Notes: a model not told the origin generated them from the letters alone. DNA of 64,000 nucleotides from a candidate division WOR-3 bacterium (GCA_965649295.1 CBFGKH010000005.1:123937-187936), one strand, 5' to 3'; shown: positions 10,268-19,628, counted from the stretch's first letter. Numbers and translations are program-made.

Positions 10268-12349
10268 GTGAAAGAATTCGGTTCCGAACACATCCGCAAT
10301 CTTGGTTTCTTTGGCCACGGCGGTTCTGGTAAGACATCAATTGGCGAGGCGCTGCTCTTCGCCATGAAACAGAACTCACGGCTCGGGTCGGTGGCTGATG
10401 GTACCTCTCTGCTCGATTATGATGAAGAGGAGATTACCCGCAAGTTCACGATCAACCTGAGTCTCGGCTACGGTGAGTATCGTGATACGCTAATCAACAT
10501 CGTTGATGCGCCCGGTTATGCCGATTTCTTTGGCGAGGTCGTTTCGGCCATCCGAGCGGTGGACAGCGCTGTGGTGGTGATTGACGCGAGTTCGGGCGTT
10601 GAGGTCGGAACCGAGATGGCCTGGCGTCGGATTGAGGATGCCAAGTTGCCGCGGGTTGTCTTTGTCAACAAACTGCGCAAGGAGAACACCAAGTTTGCGG
10701 TGACGGCGGAGGAGGTGCGCAAGGCGTTCGGGTCGCGTGTGACCCCGCTCCATCTGCCAATCGGCAGCGAAGCCGGGTTCAATGGTATCGTTGACATTCT
10801 CAACGATAAGGCCTACAGCTATGCAGGCGGCAGCCGCAAGGAGATTCCAATTCCTACCGAGCTGGCTGACACCGTTGCCCAGTGGAAGGAGCGACTGGTC
10901 GAGGCCGCGGCCGAGGTAGATGAAGGACTGATGGAGAAGTTCCTGGAGGGCACGCCAATATCGGCTGCCGAAATGCAGGCGGCGGTGCGTAAGGGTATCA
11001 AGGCCGGACTGGTCTATCCGTTGCTCTGCGGCGATGCCCTGGCTCAGATTGGCACTGACCTACTACTGGATATTGCGGTGGACGTGTTGCCCAGTCCAGC
11101 CGAGATGCCACCGCAATCGGGCGTGGCCCCGGATACCGGCGCGGCCATCGAGGTCCGGCCTGAACCGGACGGGCCGGTCTGCGCCTTTGTATTCAAGACC
11201 GTTTCTGAGGCCCACATCGGCGACATGCACTACGTTCGGGTCTTGCGTGGCCGGCTCGAGTCTGGCAGCACGGTTCTGAACGGCACTACCCAGCGCGAGG
11301 AGAAGATCAATCAGCTCTACATCGTCAAGGGCAAAGAGCGGGCCGAGGTCAACAAGCTCACCTGCGGCATGATTGGCGCACTGGTGAAGCTAAAGGAGAC
11401 CCACACCGGTGACACGTTGGCTGACAAGCGTCAGCCGGTCAAGTTGCCGGCCATTGCCTTCCCCAAGCCGTCAATCTCGGTGGCGATTGTGCCGAAGAGC
11501 AAAGGCGATGAGGAACGTGTCTCGAATGGCCTAGCCCGGCTCCATCAGGAAGACCCGACCTTCTCACACGAGTACAACGTCGAGATTGGTCAGCAGCTTA
11601 TCAATGGGATGGGTGAGCTGCACCTCGACGTCATCGTCGCTCGGCTGCGACGGCGGTTCGATGTCCATGTTGACCTTGTCAAGCCCCGCATCCCTTATCG
11701 GGAGACGATTACCCGCAAGGCTGAGGCCCAGGGTCGGCACAAGAAGCAGACCGGCGGCCGGGGCCAGTTCGGTGACTGCTGGCTGCGAGTCGAGCCGCTG
11801 CCACGGGGAGCGGGTTTTCAGTTCGTTGATGAGATCAAGGGCGGAGCGATTCCGGCCAAGTTCATTCCGCCGATTGAGAAGGGCATTATCGAAACGATGG
11901 AGAAGGGTGTCCTTGCTGGCTATCACATGATGGACATCAAGGCGACGGTCTATGACGGCTCGTACCATGATGTTGACTCGTCCGACATCGCGTTCAAGAT
12001 TGCCGGCAGCCTGGCTTTCACCAACTGCTGCGAGAAGGCTGGACTGACGCTGCTCGAACCGATAATGAACGCCGAGGTTACTGTCCCGGACCAGTACACC
12101 GGCGATGTGATGGGTGACCTCAATGCTCGTCGTGGGCGAATCATGGGCATGGAAGTACAGGGCAACCTGCAGGTCATCAAGGCCCAGGTGCCGATGGCGG
12201 AGATGTATAAGTATTCGAACAGTCTGCGGTCAATGACCCAGGGCCGCGGTTTCTTCACCATGGAATTCTCGCACTATGAAGAAGTGCCGCGCGAAATCCA
12301 AGCCAAGGTTATCGAGGAAGCCAAGCGGGCCAAGGAAGAGAAGAAGTAG
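10268..12349 (+). CDS. fusA: Elongation factor G paralog (EF-G2-like, stand-alone)
   Basis: GHGGSGKT, DAPGY, GMGELHL, PYRETI, KKQTGGRGQFG, YDGSYHDVDSS, LRSMTQGRG. Not in an rpsL-rpsG context; several G-motifs deviate. Confidence 0.93.
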   Translation: MKEFGSEHIRNLGFFGHGGSGKTSIGEALLFAMKQNSRLGSVADGTSLLDYDEEEITRKFTINLSLGYGEYRDTLINIVDAPGYADFFGEVVSAIRAVDSAVVVIDASSGVEVGTEMAWRRIEDAKLPRVVFVNKLRKENTKFAVTAEEVRKAFGSRVTPLHLPIGSEAGFNGIVDILNDKAYSYAGGSRKEIPIPTELADTVAQWKERLVEAAAEVDEGLMEKFLEGTPISAAEMQAAVRKGIKAGLVYPLLCGDALAQIGTDLLLDIAVDVLPSPAEMPPQSGVAPDTGAAIEVRPEPDGPVCAFVFKTVSEAHIGDMHYVRVLRGRLESGSTVLNGTTQREEKINQLYIVKGKERAEVNKLTCGMIGALVKLKETHTGDTLADKRQPVKLPAIAFPKPSISVAIVPKSKGDEERVSNGLARLHQEDPTFSHEYNVEIGQQLINGMGELHLDVIVARLRRRFDVHVDLVKPRIPYRETITRKAEAQGRHKKQTGGRGQFGDCWLRVEPLPRGAGFQFVDEIKGGAIPAKFIPPIEKGIIETMEKGVLAGYHMMDIKATVYDGSYHDVDSSDIAFKIAGSLAFTNCCEKAGLTLLEPIMNAEVTVPDQYTGDVMGDLNARRGRIMGMEVQGNLQVIKAQVPMAEMYKYSNSLRSMTQGRGFFTMEFSHYEEVPREIQAKVIEEAKRAKEEKK

Positions 12350-12365
12350 CGGCTAGTGTTGCAAG

Positions 12366-13772
12366 CTAACTAGCCGGGCAACTTGCCCGGCTAGGCCTTT
12401 TTCTGTCCTCGTTGCGCAGCGAAAAGAAGGTCGTGGCAGCAAGCAGGCAGAGAATCGGTTCGACTGGTGCCCGAAACCGGGCCTCGCCCACTGGCCCGGT
12501 CAATACCGTGAAATAGAGAATCGGTACCAGCAACCAATTGAGGCCGCGCGTCCGGCCACAAAGCAGGGCGATTAGTACTAGTACAAGCAGGACAGTGTTG
12601 AAGAGTAGCGCCAGCAGTAGCGTCAATTGCCCGAAACGCGGCAGGTGGGCAAGTCGTGATTCGCGAACGGTAGCAAGTGCAGCCCTGAACCGACCACGAA
12701 GCAGCAGGCTTTGGACATGCTGCATGACGTGCGGCTCTTGGGCGACGGTGGCAGCAGCACCAGCATGAACTAGTAGCGGCCCGATGCTAATCGGCAGGAC
12801 GTAGTTGCCGACAAATCCAGCCAGCATCACCTTGGCAAAAGCGAATGGCCGGCGTGCCAGTTCGGCCCAGGCTACCCGAGCGAGTGCTGGCCAGAGCGTT
12901 GCCTCATCAGCGGTATCGAGCGGGCCATAGCGGCGCTGGGCCTGAGCCAGCATCGAGTCACGGGCAGCAGTAATTGTCAGCCCCTGTTCGCTAGCGATGA
13001 CGGTTGCGGCAGTGTAGAGATAGATGCTACGGTCGGCGATTGTTGATATGACATAGCGACCCGAGGCAGTGTGGTTACGGAGAGCCCAGGGTGCGATGAC
13101 AATCAGTGAGCAGCCAATAGGCAAAAGAAACGACCACCAGCGGAACCGCTGGCGCTCGCGCCACCAGCGGTCAAGCGCGCCAGCAGCGAGCAGGAGCGGG
13201 AAGTAGCTGGCAATCGGTCGGGTGAGAATCAGCAGGCCGGCAGCGGTGCCAGCGCCAATTAGGTCCGCGAGTCTAGCGCTGCTACGGTAGCGGTTGAAAA
13301 TGAGTAGCGTCGTAAGCAGGATGAGCGAGAAGAGCGTTTCGGTGACGAGCCGAGTGGCGATAAACGCCAGGTTCGGGCTGAGTCCGGTCAGGGTGGCAGC
13401 TAGTGCCGCGCCAGCCCGGTTGAGACCACTCTCAAGCGCCAGGCGCCAGACAATCAGGATGATGGCAAGCGAGAGTACGGCTTGAAGCAGGACCGCCCAG
13501 AGCAACGACGAGCCAGGTAGGAGATAGGCCGGGACTAGAAAGGCAGGGTAGATTGGCGTCCGGTTCAGTTCTGGCCGAAAAGGCGGGACCGAATCGCGCG
13601 AGAATGTCCGGTGACGGGCAAGGTTGGCAGCTAGCCGGTCGTATTCGGTGCCGTCGGCGATCGAGTCAACAACCTTGGTGCGGAGCGGCGTCGCGGGTAG
13701 AAAGACAAAGACCAGTCGCAGCCCGAGCGCGATTAGGATGGCAAGCCCCAGCCAGCGACTAGCTGATTTCAT
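12366..13772 (-). CDS. GT-C (ArnT/PMT-like, GT39/83) membrane glycosyltransferase
   Basis: DGTEYDRLAANL, RTPIYPAFL, TETLF, LTRP, PWALRN, RFRAP motifs; multi-TM. Start trimmed to ATG 13772. Confidence 0.85.
   Translation of the reverse strand: MKSASRWLGLAILIALGLRLVFVFLPATPLRTKVVDSIADGTEYDRLAANLARHRTFSRDSVPPFRPELNRTPIYPAFLVPAYLLPGSSLLWAVLLQAVLSLAIILIVWRLALESGLNRAGAALAATLTGLSPNLAFIATRLVTETLFSLILLTTLLIFNRYRSSARLADLIGAGTAAGLLILTRPIASYFPLLLAAGALDRWWRERQRFRWWSFLLPIGCSLIVIAPWALRNHTASGRYVISTIADRSIYLYTAATVIASEQGLTITAARDSMLAQAQRRYGPLDTADEATLWPALARVAWAELARRPFAFAKVMLAGFVGNYVLPISIGPLLVHAGAAATVAQEPHVMQHVQSLLLRGRFRAALATVRESRLAHLPRFGQLTLLLALLFNTVLLVLVLIALLCGRTRGLNWLLVPILYFTVLTGPVGEARFRAPVEPILCLLAATTFFSLRNEDRKRPSRASCPAS
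12370..12402 (+). terminator. Intrinsic terminator after EF-G
   Basis: CTAGCCGGGCA-act-TGCCCGGCTAG hairpin followed by a T-run. Confidence 0.65.
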
Positions 13773-14430
13773 ACCATGGTCGCCGCACCCGTCCTTTGGC
13801 CAGCAGTCCAAAGAGGAAGCCCGCGCCGAAACCACCAATGTGGGCAAAGTAGGCAACACCGCCTGCACCCGGTACTGAGCTGCAGCCGTTCAGGACCTGA
13901 AACACAACCCAGAAGCCAAGCAGTAGCGAGGCGGGTAGGTAGATGAGGCGGATGAAGAAGAATATCGGGATGAGGGTCAATACCCGGGCACGCGGAAAAA
14001 GTACAAAGTAGGCGCCCATGACACCAGAGATGGCACCGGATGCGCCAATCATCGGTACGGTTGAGTTGGGAGCAAAGAGCACTTGGAGCAACGAGCCGGC
14101 TAGACCAGAGACAAGATAGACTGCCACGTAGCCAAGGTGGCCGAAAGCGTCCTCGACATTGTCGCCGAAGACCCAGAGGTAAAGCATGTTGCCAAGGTAG
14201 TGCAAAAACCCACCGTGCAGGAACATTGCGGTGAATAAGGTGATGAGCCGCTGGCCGCGGACAATCGCGGCCGGAATCATGCCGTAGGTCTTGATGATAG
14301 TGTCAGCCGCGAGCGGGTCAGCAAGTTCGTTCAGAACCTGCCAAGCAAAGACAACAGTGCAGGCACCAATCAGAGTGTAGTTGAAGAACGGGCGGTGTCG
14401 GGCCCGAACGTCATCGTATAGTGGTATCAC
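13759..14430 (-). CDS. Rhomboid family intramembrane serine protease
   Basis: MFLHGGFLH..GNM, GASGAISG (catalytic Ser), AHIGGF (catalytic His). Confidence 0.95.
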   Translation of the reverse strand: MIPLYDDVRARHRPFFNYTLIGACTVVFAWQVLNELADPLAADTIIKTYGMIPAAIVRGQRLITLFTAMFLHGGFLHYLGNMLYLWVFGDNVEDAFGHLGYVAVYLVSGLAGSLLQVLFAPNSTVPMIGASGAISGVMGAYFVLFPRARVLTLIPIFFFIRLIYLPASLLLGFWVVFQVLNGCSSVPGAGGVAYFAHIGGFGAGFLFGLLAKGRVRRPWYEIS

Positions 14431-14918
14431 GAGCGGGCCAGTAGCACCGTGACGATAGCGCTGATGCTCTGTTTGGGCAGGGCAAGGCGGGTGCCTTCAG
14501 TTGTCTTCGCCTTCAGCCCAATCTGCGCTGGTCTGACCCCGAGGATGGAGGCAATCCTCTCTCTGATGGTATTGGCGACCGGTGCCAGTCGGGGCCTATC
14601 GCAGACGAGCGTGCAATCGGCGTTTAGCAGGCGGTATTTGCGTCGGCGTACCTCGGCCCAGACCGCAGCCAGCATGGCAGCGCTGTCGGCGTCTTTGTAC
14701 TTGGGGTCAGAATCGGGGTAGCGGCAGCCGATGTCCGGTAGGCCAACTGCGCCGAGAATGGCATCGGTAAGGGCATGGAGTAGAACATCAGCATCAGAAT
14801 GGCCAATAAGCCCCTTATCTTCGGGCAGTTGGACGCCGCCAAGCACGAGGCGACGACCCTTGGCCAGACGGTGCGCGTCGAAGCCAAGACCGATGCGGAC
14901 AACTGGGGAACGGTTCAA
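14427..14918 (-). CDS. ispF: 2-C-methyl-D-erythritol 2,4-cyclodiphosphate synthase
   Basis: RIGLGFDAH, GHSDADVLLHALTDA, KAKTTE. Start estimated at TTG 14918. Confidence 0.93.
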   Translation of the reverse strand: MNRSPVVRIGLGFDAHRLAKGRRLVLGGVQLPEDKGLIGHSDADVLLHALTDAILGAVGLPDIGCRYPDSDPKYKDADSAAMLAAVWAEVRRRKYRLLNADCTLVCDRPRLAPVANTIRERIASILGVRPAQIGLKAKTTEGTRLALPKQSISAIVTVLLARS

Positions 14919-14926
14919 GGTCGGCC

Positions 14927-14994
14927 ATTGTAGCACGGTGCTTGGGCAGGTCAAGGCCGCGTAGAATTGACAGTCTTGGTCATCATTGTATGAT
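14927..14994. promoter_or_regulatory. Back-to-back sigma70-type promoters for ispF (-) and thrS (+)
   Basis: Plus: TTGACA(14967)-16-TATGAT-6nt-GTG. Minus: TTGACC(14954)-16-TACAAT-8nt-TTG. Confidence 0.7.
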
Positions 14995-15000
14995 TGCACC

Positions 15001-16899
15001 GTGCTGAAAGTGTTGGTGAATGGCGAAGTTCGGCAGGTCGAGCCAGGACTCACCCTCGAGCAGTTGCTGGCTGACCCAGCAGCCATCGTTGCCCGGGTTG
15101 ACGGCCGACTCGCCGACTTGACCGAAGTGCTCGACCACGATGCCACGGTCGAGTCGGTTCGGTTTGAGTCACCGGACGGCCGCGAGGTCTATTGGCATTC
15201 AGCATCGCATCTGCTGGCCCAGGCAGTGAAGCAGCTCTTTCCGACCGCCAAAGTGACGATTGGGCCAGCTGTGGCCGAAGGTTTCTACTACGACTTTGAT
15301 GTTGAGAAGCCGTTCAGCGAGGAAGACCTGGCCCGGATTGAGGAGCGGATGCGCGAACTGGCAGCGCAGGCCATTCCGGTTGTGCACCGGCTGCTGCCGC
15401 GGGACGAGGCAATCAGGCTCTTTCAGCAACGCGGCGAGACCTACAAGCTTGAACTGATTGACGGAATTCCTGACTCAACGATATCGGTTTACGAGCAGGG
15501 CGACTTTGTTGACCTGTGCCGGGGTCCGCATGTGACCAATACCGGCCGGCTCAAGGCGGTCAAGCTATTGAGCGTGGCCGGCGCCTACTGGCATGGCGAT
15601 GAGCGCAACCGGATGCTCTCCCGCATTTACGGCGTTGCTTTTCCGACTGAGGAGCAGTTGCGGGCGCATCTGGACTGGCTTGAGGAGGCGCGGCGGCGTG
15701 ACCACCGCAAACTGGGGCCGGCGCTGGACCTTTATAGCTTCCACGATGAGGCAGGGGCCGGGCTGGCGTTCTGGCATCCTAAGGGTGCCACGGTCCGGCG
15801 ACTGATTCAGCAGTATTGGGAGCAGGAGCATATCGCCGCCGGTTACCAGCTAGTTGTCACGCCCCACATTGCCCGTGGCAAGCTTTGGGAGCAGTCTGGT
15901 CATTTCAGCTACTACCGCGACAACATGTACACCATGACCGTGGATGAAGAAGAGTATGTGCTCAAGCCAATGAACTGTCCTGGCCACATGCTCATCTACC
16001 GCACGCGGGTTCACTCCTACCGTGACCTGCCGCTGCGCATGGCCGAGTGGGGCACGGTCTATCGTTACGAGCGTTCCGGCACCCTGCACGGTATGTTACG
16101 TGTCCGTGGTTTCACCCAGGACGACGCCCATATCTTCTGCACTGCCGAGCAGGTTGAGGATGAGGCTTATGGCGTGGTGGCGCTGTCGCTGAAGATTCTT
16201 AGGAAGTTCGGGTTTGAGGATTTTCGGGTTGACCTGTCGGTGCGCGACCCCAACAATCGGGCCAAGTACATGGGCAGTGACGAGCAGTGGGAACTGGCTG
16301 AACGGTCACTGGTGCGGGCGCTGGGCCGCCTTGAACTGCCCTATCACCGCGCTGAGGGTGAGGCGGTCTTCTATGGCCCAAAGATTGACATCAAGCTCCG
16401 CGACTCGCTTGGCCGAGAATGGCAGTGTCCAACCTGTCAGTTTGATTTCAACCTCGGCCCGCGGTTTGATCTCTACTACATGGGCCGCGACGGCCAGCAC
16501 CATCAGGTCTATCTTGTCCACCGCACCGTGCTCGGCGGTATCGAGCGGTTCATGGGGATTCTGACCGAGCACTATGCTGGTGCGTTCCCGACCTGGCTGG
16601 CACCGGTTCAGGTGCGGGTGCTGACCCTGACCGATGCCCAGGAAGAGTATGCGCGCAGGCTTGTTGCCCGCTGTCAGCAGGAAGGGCTGCGGGTGGAGCT
16701 TGATGCCGGCAACGAGAAGATCAATTTCAAAATCGGCGAAGCTGAACGGCAGAAGATTCCGTTCATGCTTGTCGTCGGCGGGCGTGAGGCCCAGAACAAC
16801 ACTGTCTCACTCCGCCGCCACGGCAAGGGCAACCTTGGAGCAGTCCCGGTCGAAGCGGCGCTGGCCCAAATCAAGGAGGAAGGCAACGTACCCAGGTAA
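15001..16899 (+). CDS. thrS: Threonine--tRNA ligase
   Basis: HSASHLLA, DLCRGPH, RDHRKLG, KPMNCPGH, RVRGFTQDDAH, FYGPKID. Confidence 0.98.
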   Translation: MLKVLVNGEVRQVEPGLTLEQLLADPAAIVARVDGRLADLTEVLDHDATVESVRFESPDGREVYWHSASHLLAQAVKQLFPTAKVTIGPAVAEGFYYDFDVEKPFSEEDLARIEERMRELAAQAIPVVHRLLPRDEAIRLFQQRGETYKLELIDGIPDSTISVYEQGDFVDLCRGPHVTNTGRLKAVKLLSVAGAYWHGDERNRMLSRIYGVAFPTEEQLRAHLDWLEEARRRDHRKLGPALDLYSFHDEAGAGLAFWHPKGATVRRLIQQYWEQEHIAAGYQLVVTPHIARGKLWEQSGHFSYYRDNMYTMTVDEEEYVLKPMNCPGHMLIYRTRVHSYRDLPLRMAEWGTVYRYERSGTLHGMLRVRGFTQDDAHIFCTAEQVEDEAYGVVALSLKILRKFGFEDFRVDLSVRDPNNRAKYMGSDEQWELAERSLVRALGRLELPYHRAEGEAVFYGPKIDIKLRDSLGREWQCPTCQFDFNLGPRFDLYYMGRDGQHHQVYLVHRTVLGGIERFMGILTEHYAGAFPTWLAPVQVRVLTLTDAQEEYARRLVARCQQEGLRVELDAGNEKINFKIGEAERQKIPFMLVVGGREAQNNTVSLRRHGKGNLGAVPVEAALAQIKEEGNVPR

Positions 16900-17431
16900 A
16901 GTAGTTCGCGACGCATTCAAGGACCGTCCCCGCGTCAATGAGCAGATTCGGGTGCCGTATGTCCGCGTCATCGGCACCGACAAAAAGCCGATTGGCATCC
17001 TGCCGACGCGTGAGGCGATTAATCTGGCCCGACGCCAGGACCTCGATCTTGTTGTCCTGGCTCCAAACGAAGACCCGCCCGTCTGCGGCATTCTCGACTT
17101 CGGCCGCTACCTCTACGAGCAGAAGCTGCGGCAGAAGGAGTCGAAGAAGAAGCAGCACGTCACCGCGGTGCGCGAGATGCGGATGAAAATGAAGATTGGG
17201 CCGGGCGACTACGAGGTCAAGATTAGAAAGATGCGGGAATTTCTCCTTGATAAAGACCGCATTCGTGTCACTCTGATTCTGCGCGGCCGAGAGGTTGTCC
17301 ATGCCGACCTGGGAATGAAACTGATGCAGCGCATCGCCGAAGACCTGGCTGATGTCGGTCGGGTCGAGCAGATGCCGAAAATGATTACCGAAGGTAGAAA
17401 GTCTATCCAAATGATGCTGGTGCCAAAATGA
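16886..17431 (+). CDS. infC: Translation initiation factor IF-3 (non-canonical start)
   Basis: RVNEQIR..VRVI, DLV...PPVC.I.D.GRY.YE, LRGRE; thrS-infC-rpmI-rplT order. Start inferred at ACG 16886 after AAGGAGG. Confidence 0.93.
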   Translation, partial: TYPGKVVRDAFKDRPRVNEQIRVPYVRVIGTDKKPIGILPTREAINLARRQDLDLVVLAPNEDPPVCGILDFGRYLYEQKLRQKESKKKQHVTAVREMRMKMKIGPGDYEVKIRKMREFLLDKDRIRVTLILRGREVVHADLGMKLMQRIAEDLADVGRVEQMPKMITEGRKSIQMMLVPK

Positions 17432-17628
17432 AACAGAAGCTAAAATCACTCAGCTCGCTCAAGAAGCGAATCAAGCGCAGTGCCGGCGGCAAGTTTCTGC
17501 ACAAACGCAGCGGCCGCAGTCACAACAACGCCTGCAAGAGCAAGCGGCGCAAGCGGCTGCTCAACCGGCCGGCGGTCCTCACCCCGGAGCAGGGAAAGCG
17601 GATTGCTAAGCTCGTGCCCTACAAGTAA
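17428..17628 (+). CDS. rpmI: 50S ribosomal protein L35
   Basis: Basic 66 aa protein KLKS...KKRIK...GGK...SH...KS.RRKR in canonical operon position. Confidence 0.9.
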   Translation: MKQKLKSLSSLKKRIKRSAGGKFLHKRSGRSHNNACKSKRRKRLLNRPAVLTPEQGKRIAKLVPYK

Positions 17629-17637
17629 GGAGAGAGG

Positions 17638-17997
17638 ATGCCCAGAGTCAAGACTGGTCCCTACACCCGACAACGTCGCAAGAAATGGCTCAAACAGGCG
17701 AAAGGCTACTGGGGCGGCAAATCGCGCCTCTATAAGACTGCCCGCGAACAGGTCGTCCATGCTGGCCGCACCGCCTATAAGGAGCGCAAGCGCAAGAAAC
17801 GGGTCTTCCGCTCGCTGATGATAATCCGAATCAATGCTGCCTTGAAGCAGTTTGGCCTGCCCTACAACCGCTTCATCAACGGTCTCAACCGGGCTCGGGT
17901 GGAGCTTGACCGCAGCGTGATTTCGGAGCTGGCAATCCACCATCCCGATGACTTTGCCCAACTGGTCGAGCTGGCCAAGACCAGCCTGGCCAGCTAG
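17638..17997 (+). CDS. rplT: 50S ribosomal protein L20
   Basis: MPRVK, AKGYWG, RKRKKR.FRSL.I.RINAA. Confidence 0.97.
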   Translation: MPRVKTGPYTRQRRKKWLKQAKGYWGGKSRLYKTAREQVVHAGRTAYKERKRKKRVFRSLMIIRINAALKQFGLPYNRFINGLNRARVELDRSVISELAIHHPDDFAQLVELAKTSLAS

Positions 17998-18017
17998 GGC
18001 CAACTGCTGACAGCGAT

Positions 18018-18041
18018 GCAGGGGCGCAACTGCGCCCCTGC
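18018..18041 (+). terminator. Hairpin/terminator after rplT
   Basis: GCAGGGGCGCA-ac-TGCGCCCCTGC inverted repeat. Confidence 0.6.
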
Positions 18042-18131
18042 GCTGTTGCTAGTGGCCTAGGCCGACCGGTTGGGGCGAAACGGAAGACCGGCGCGGGGCC
18101 GGTCTTTGACAAAGCGACTGACGATGGAGAG

Positions 18132-18602
18132 CTAGCGGCCCTCGCGCTGCCGCAGCGCTGCGAACTTGGCCCGCAGGTCCGACTTTTGGGACGGCGGCCC
18201 ACCCTCGCGCAGCAGCACCACCCGCAACCGGCCATCACTGGCGCGATGGTAGTAGCCGAATCGGCAGCGGACATTGCCGGCCTGACAGAGCTGCTGGGCA
18301 AAGCCCAGACTGACCTGCGGCACGACGAGATAGAGCGGTGGGCCCAGTCCGGCCAGCTCACGCCAATGCCCCAATTCAGAACTCTCAATTGTGTCAATGG
18401 TCTCGACCTCGATGATATAGCGGACCCGGGTGGTGCCTTTCTCCATGACAAGGATGTCCGGGTAGTGGCGGCCGATGCCGGTGCGGCGTTCGCTGCCGGG
18501 ATTGGTGTAGATGGCGTATTTGGCGCTGCTAGCAAACTGCTCAGCCGCGGCCTCAATCACCAGGTCGTGTTCGGCTTGTTCCGCAGTCTGCCTCTGCGCC
18601 AT
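18132..18602 (-). CDS. Hypothetical protein with PD-(D/E)xK restriction-endonuclease-like motif
   Basis: EHD helix, YPDILV-x9-IIEVET pattern; own promoter TTGACA(18639)-17-TACCAT 8 nt before ATG. Confidence 0.6.
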   Translation of the reverse strand: MAQRQTAEQAEHDLVIEAAAEQFASSAKYAIYTNPGSERRTGIGRHYPDILVMEKGTTRVRYIIEVETIDTIESSELGHWRELAGLGPPLYLVVPQVSLGFAQQLCQAGNVRCRFGYYHRASDGRLRVVLLREGGPPSQKSDLRAKFAALRQREGR

Positions 18603-18958
18603 CTCGGCTTATGGTAGGCCGGACTGGACCGGGTGTCAAGAGGCGGTAGCGCGGGCTTTCGGAGGCAATGGGCAGAACCCTGCTTGGGTCGGTAGCCCCA
18701 ATGCCGGCAGGAGGAGTGGTAGCAGCACTGGGCCGACCAAATTGCCCGACGCTGGTTTGGATATTTCGGGGCAGGCTTTGCTTGGGTGGTTGGGCAGGGC
18801 GGTGGCAGGGACCTAAACAGGGGGCATCGCCAGAGCGATGGCCAAGGCTTGGTCAAGGAGGCTGCCTTTGGCCTGACCAAGTGTCGCCGAAAATGGCCGT
18901 CCGGACAGCAGGGGTAAGGGCTGGGGGGACGGCCTCTGGACGGCCCAGGGGACGGGGA

Positions 18959-18996
18959 TTGCCGGGCTTGGGCCGACCGAGCGTATGTACAGTGAG
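18959..18996 (+). promoter_or_regulatory. Putative ECF-sigma promoter, copy 1
   Basis: TTGCCGGG-N12-GAGCGTATGTA-CAG-TGAG, same spacing as the copy at 20768-20805; 61 nt upstream of ATG 19058. Confidence 0.7.
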
Positions 18997-19057
18997 GAGA
19001 AAGCAAGACAGGCAGGTGGTAAACGGTCTGGGGTGGTCGGATGAAGGGAGGAGCAGC

Positions 19058-19423
19058 ATGGTCGAAGTAAATGCGAAGAGGATTGAAGAACTGGTACTGG
19101 CAATCTGCCGGCCAGTGCTGAATGATGGGGGCCTGCGCCTGCCTGAATATCTGCTTGCCGAGTGGGCGGGTCGGGAGCTTGGCCGACTGGTGCGAACAGC
19201 GCCGGCTGACCGGTTTTCGGTCCAATTGGCAGAGTGGGTTGCAAAGTGGACTGCTAACGGTCTTAGCCGGGGGTTGCTGGTGGAGCTGGCCCGACGGGTA
19301 TTGGCCAAGTTGGGTTTGAGCGAGGAGGAGGTGGGTGATGGCTGGGTCAGGCAGGCGGGTGCCCGGGCAGCCGACCAGGTCGCGGCTGCAGGCGATTGTG
19401 ACCGCAGCCGGCTGTCCGGATGA
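19058..19423 (+). CDS. Paralog 1: short helical protein (putative Adnaviria-MCP-like helical bundle only)
   Basis: GGAGGAG RBS then ATG 19058 (C-terminal part of ORF 18668..19423); RPVLNDGGL...GRELGRL...VAKWTANGLSRGLL matches the other three paralogs. Confidence 0.65.
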   Translation: MVEVNAKRIEELVLAICRPVLNDGGLRLPEYLLAEWAGRELGRLVRTAPADRFSVQLAEWVAKWTANGLSRGLLVELARRVLAKLGLSEEEVGDGWVRQAGARAADQVAAAGDCDRSRLSG

Positions 19424-19616
19424 CCGGCTGCCGGCGTATCTCTCCTTTGCACAGGAGTTTTGGCACAGCCTCCGGCGCCGGCCATATCCTGATTTCACGG
19501 TAAGGACCAAGCGGGTGGTGGCGAAGTGGTTTCGGCGCGGACTGTCTGGGCGCCGGCTCTGGCTGGTCGGAGCGGCGATTCTGCGCCAGCGGTTCGGACG
19601 CGGCTACTGGACCTAG
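19338..19616 (+). CDS. Paralog 2: short Arg-rich helical protein (putative MCP-like bundle only)
   Basis: GAGGAGG RBS; AIVTAAGCP...PAYLSFAQEFW...VAKWFRRGLS..RL. Confidence 0.7.
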   Translation: MAGSGRRVPGQPTRSRLQAIVTAAGCPDDRLPAYLSFAQEFWHSLRRRPYPDFTVRTKRVVAKWFRRGLSGRRLWLVGAAILRQRFGRGYWT

Positions 19617-19628
19617 CTGGAGGTGGTT

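Noticed and set aside
16634..16885. 84-aa N-terminal extension of IF3 in the ORF track
   Set aside because: Lies inside thrS in another frame with no IF3 similarity; explained by a non-canonical start.
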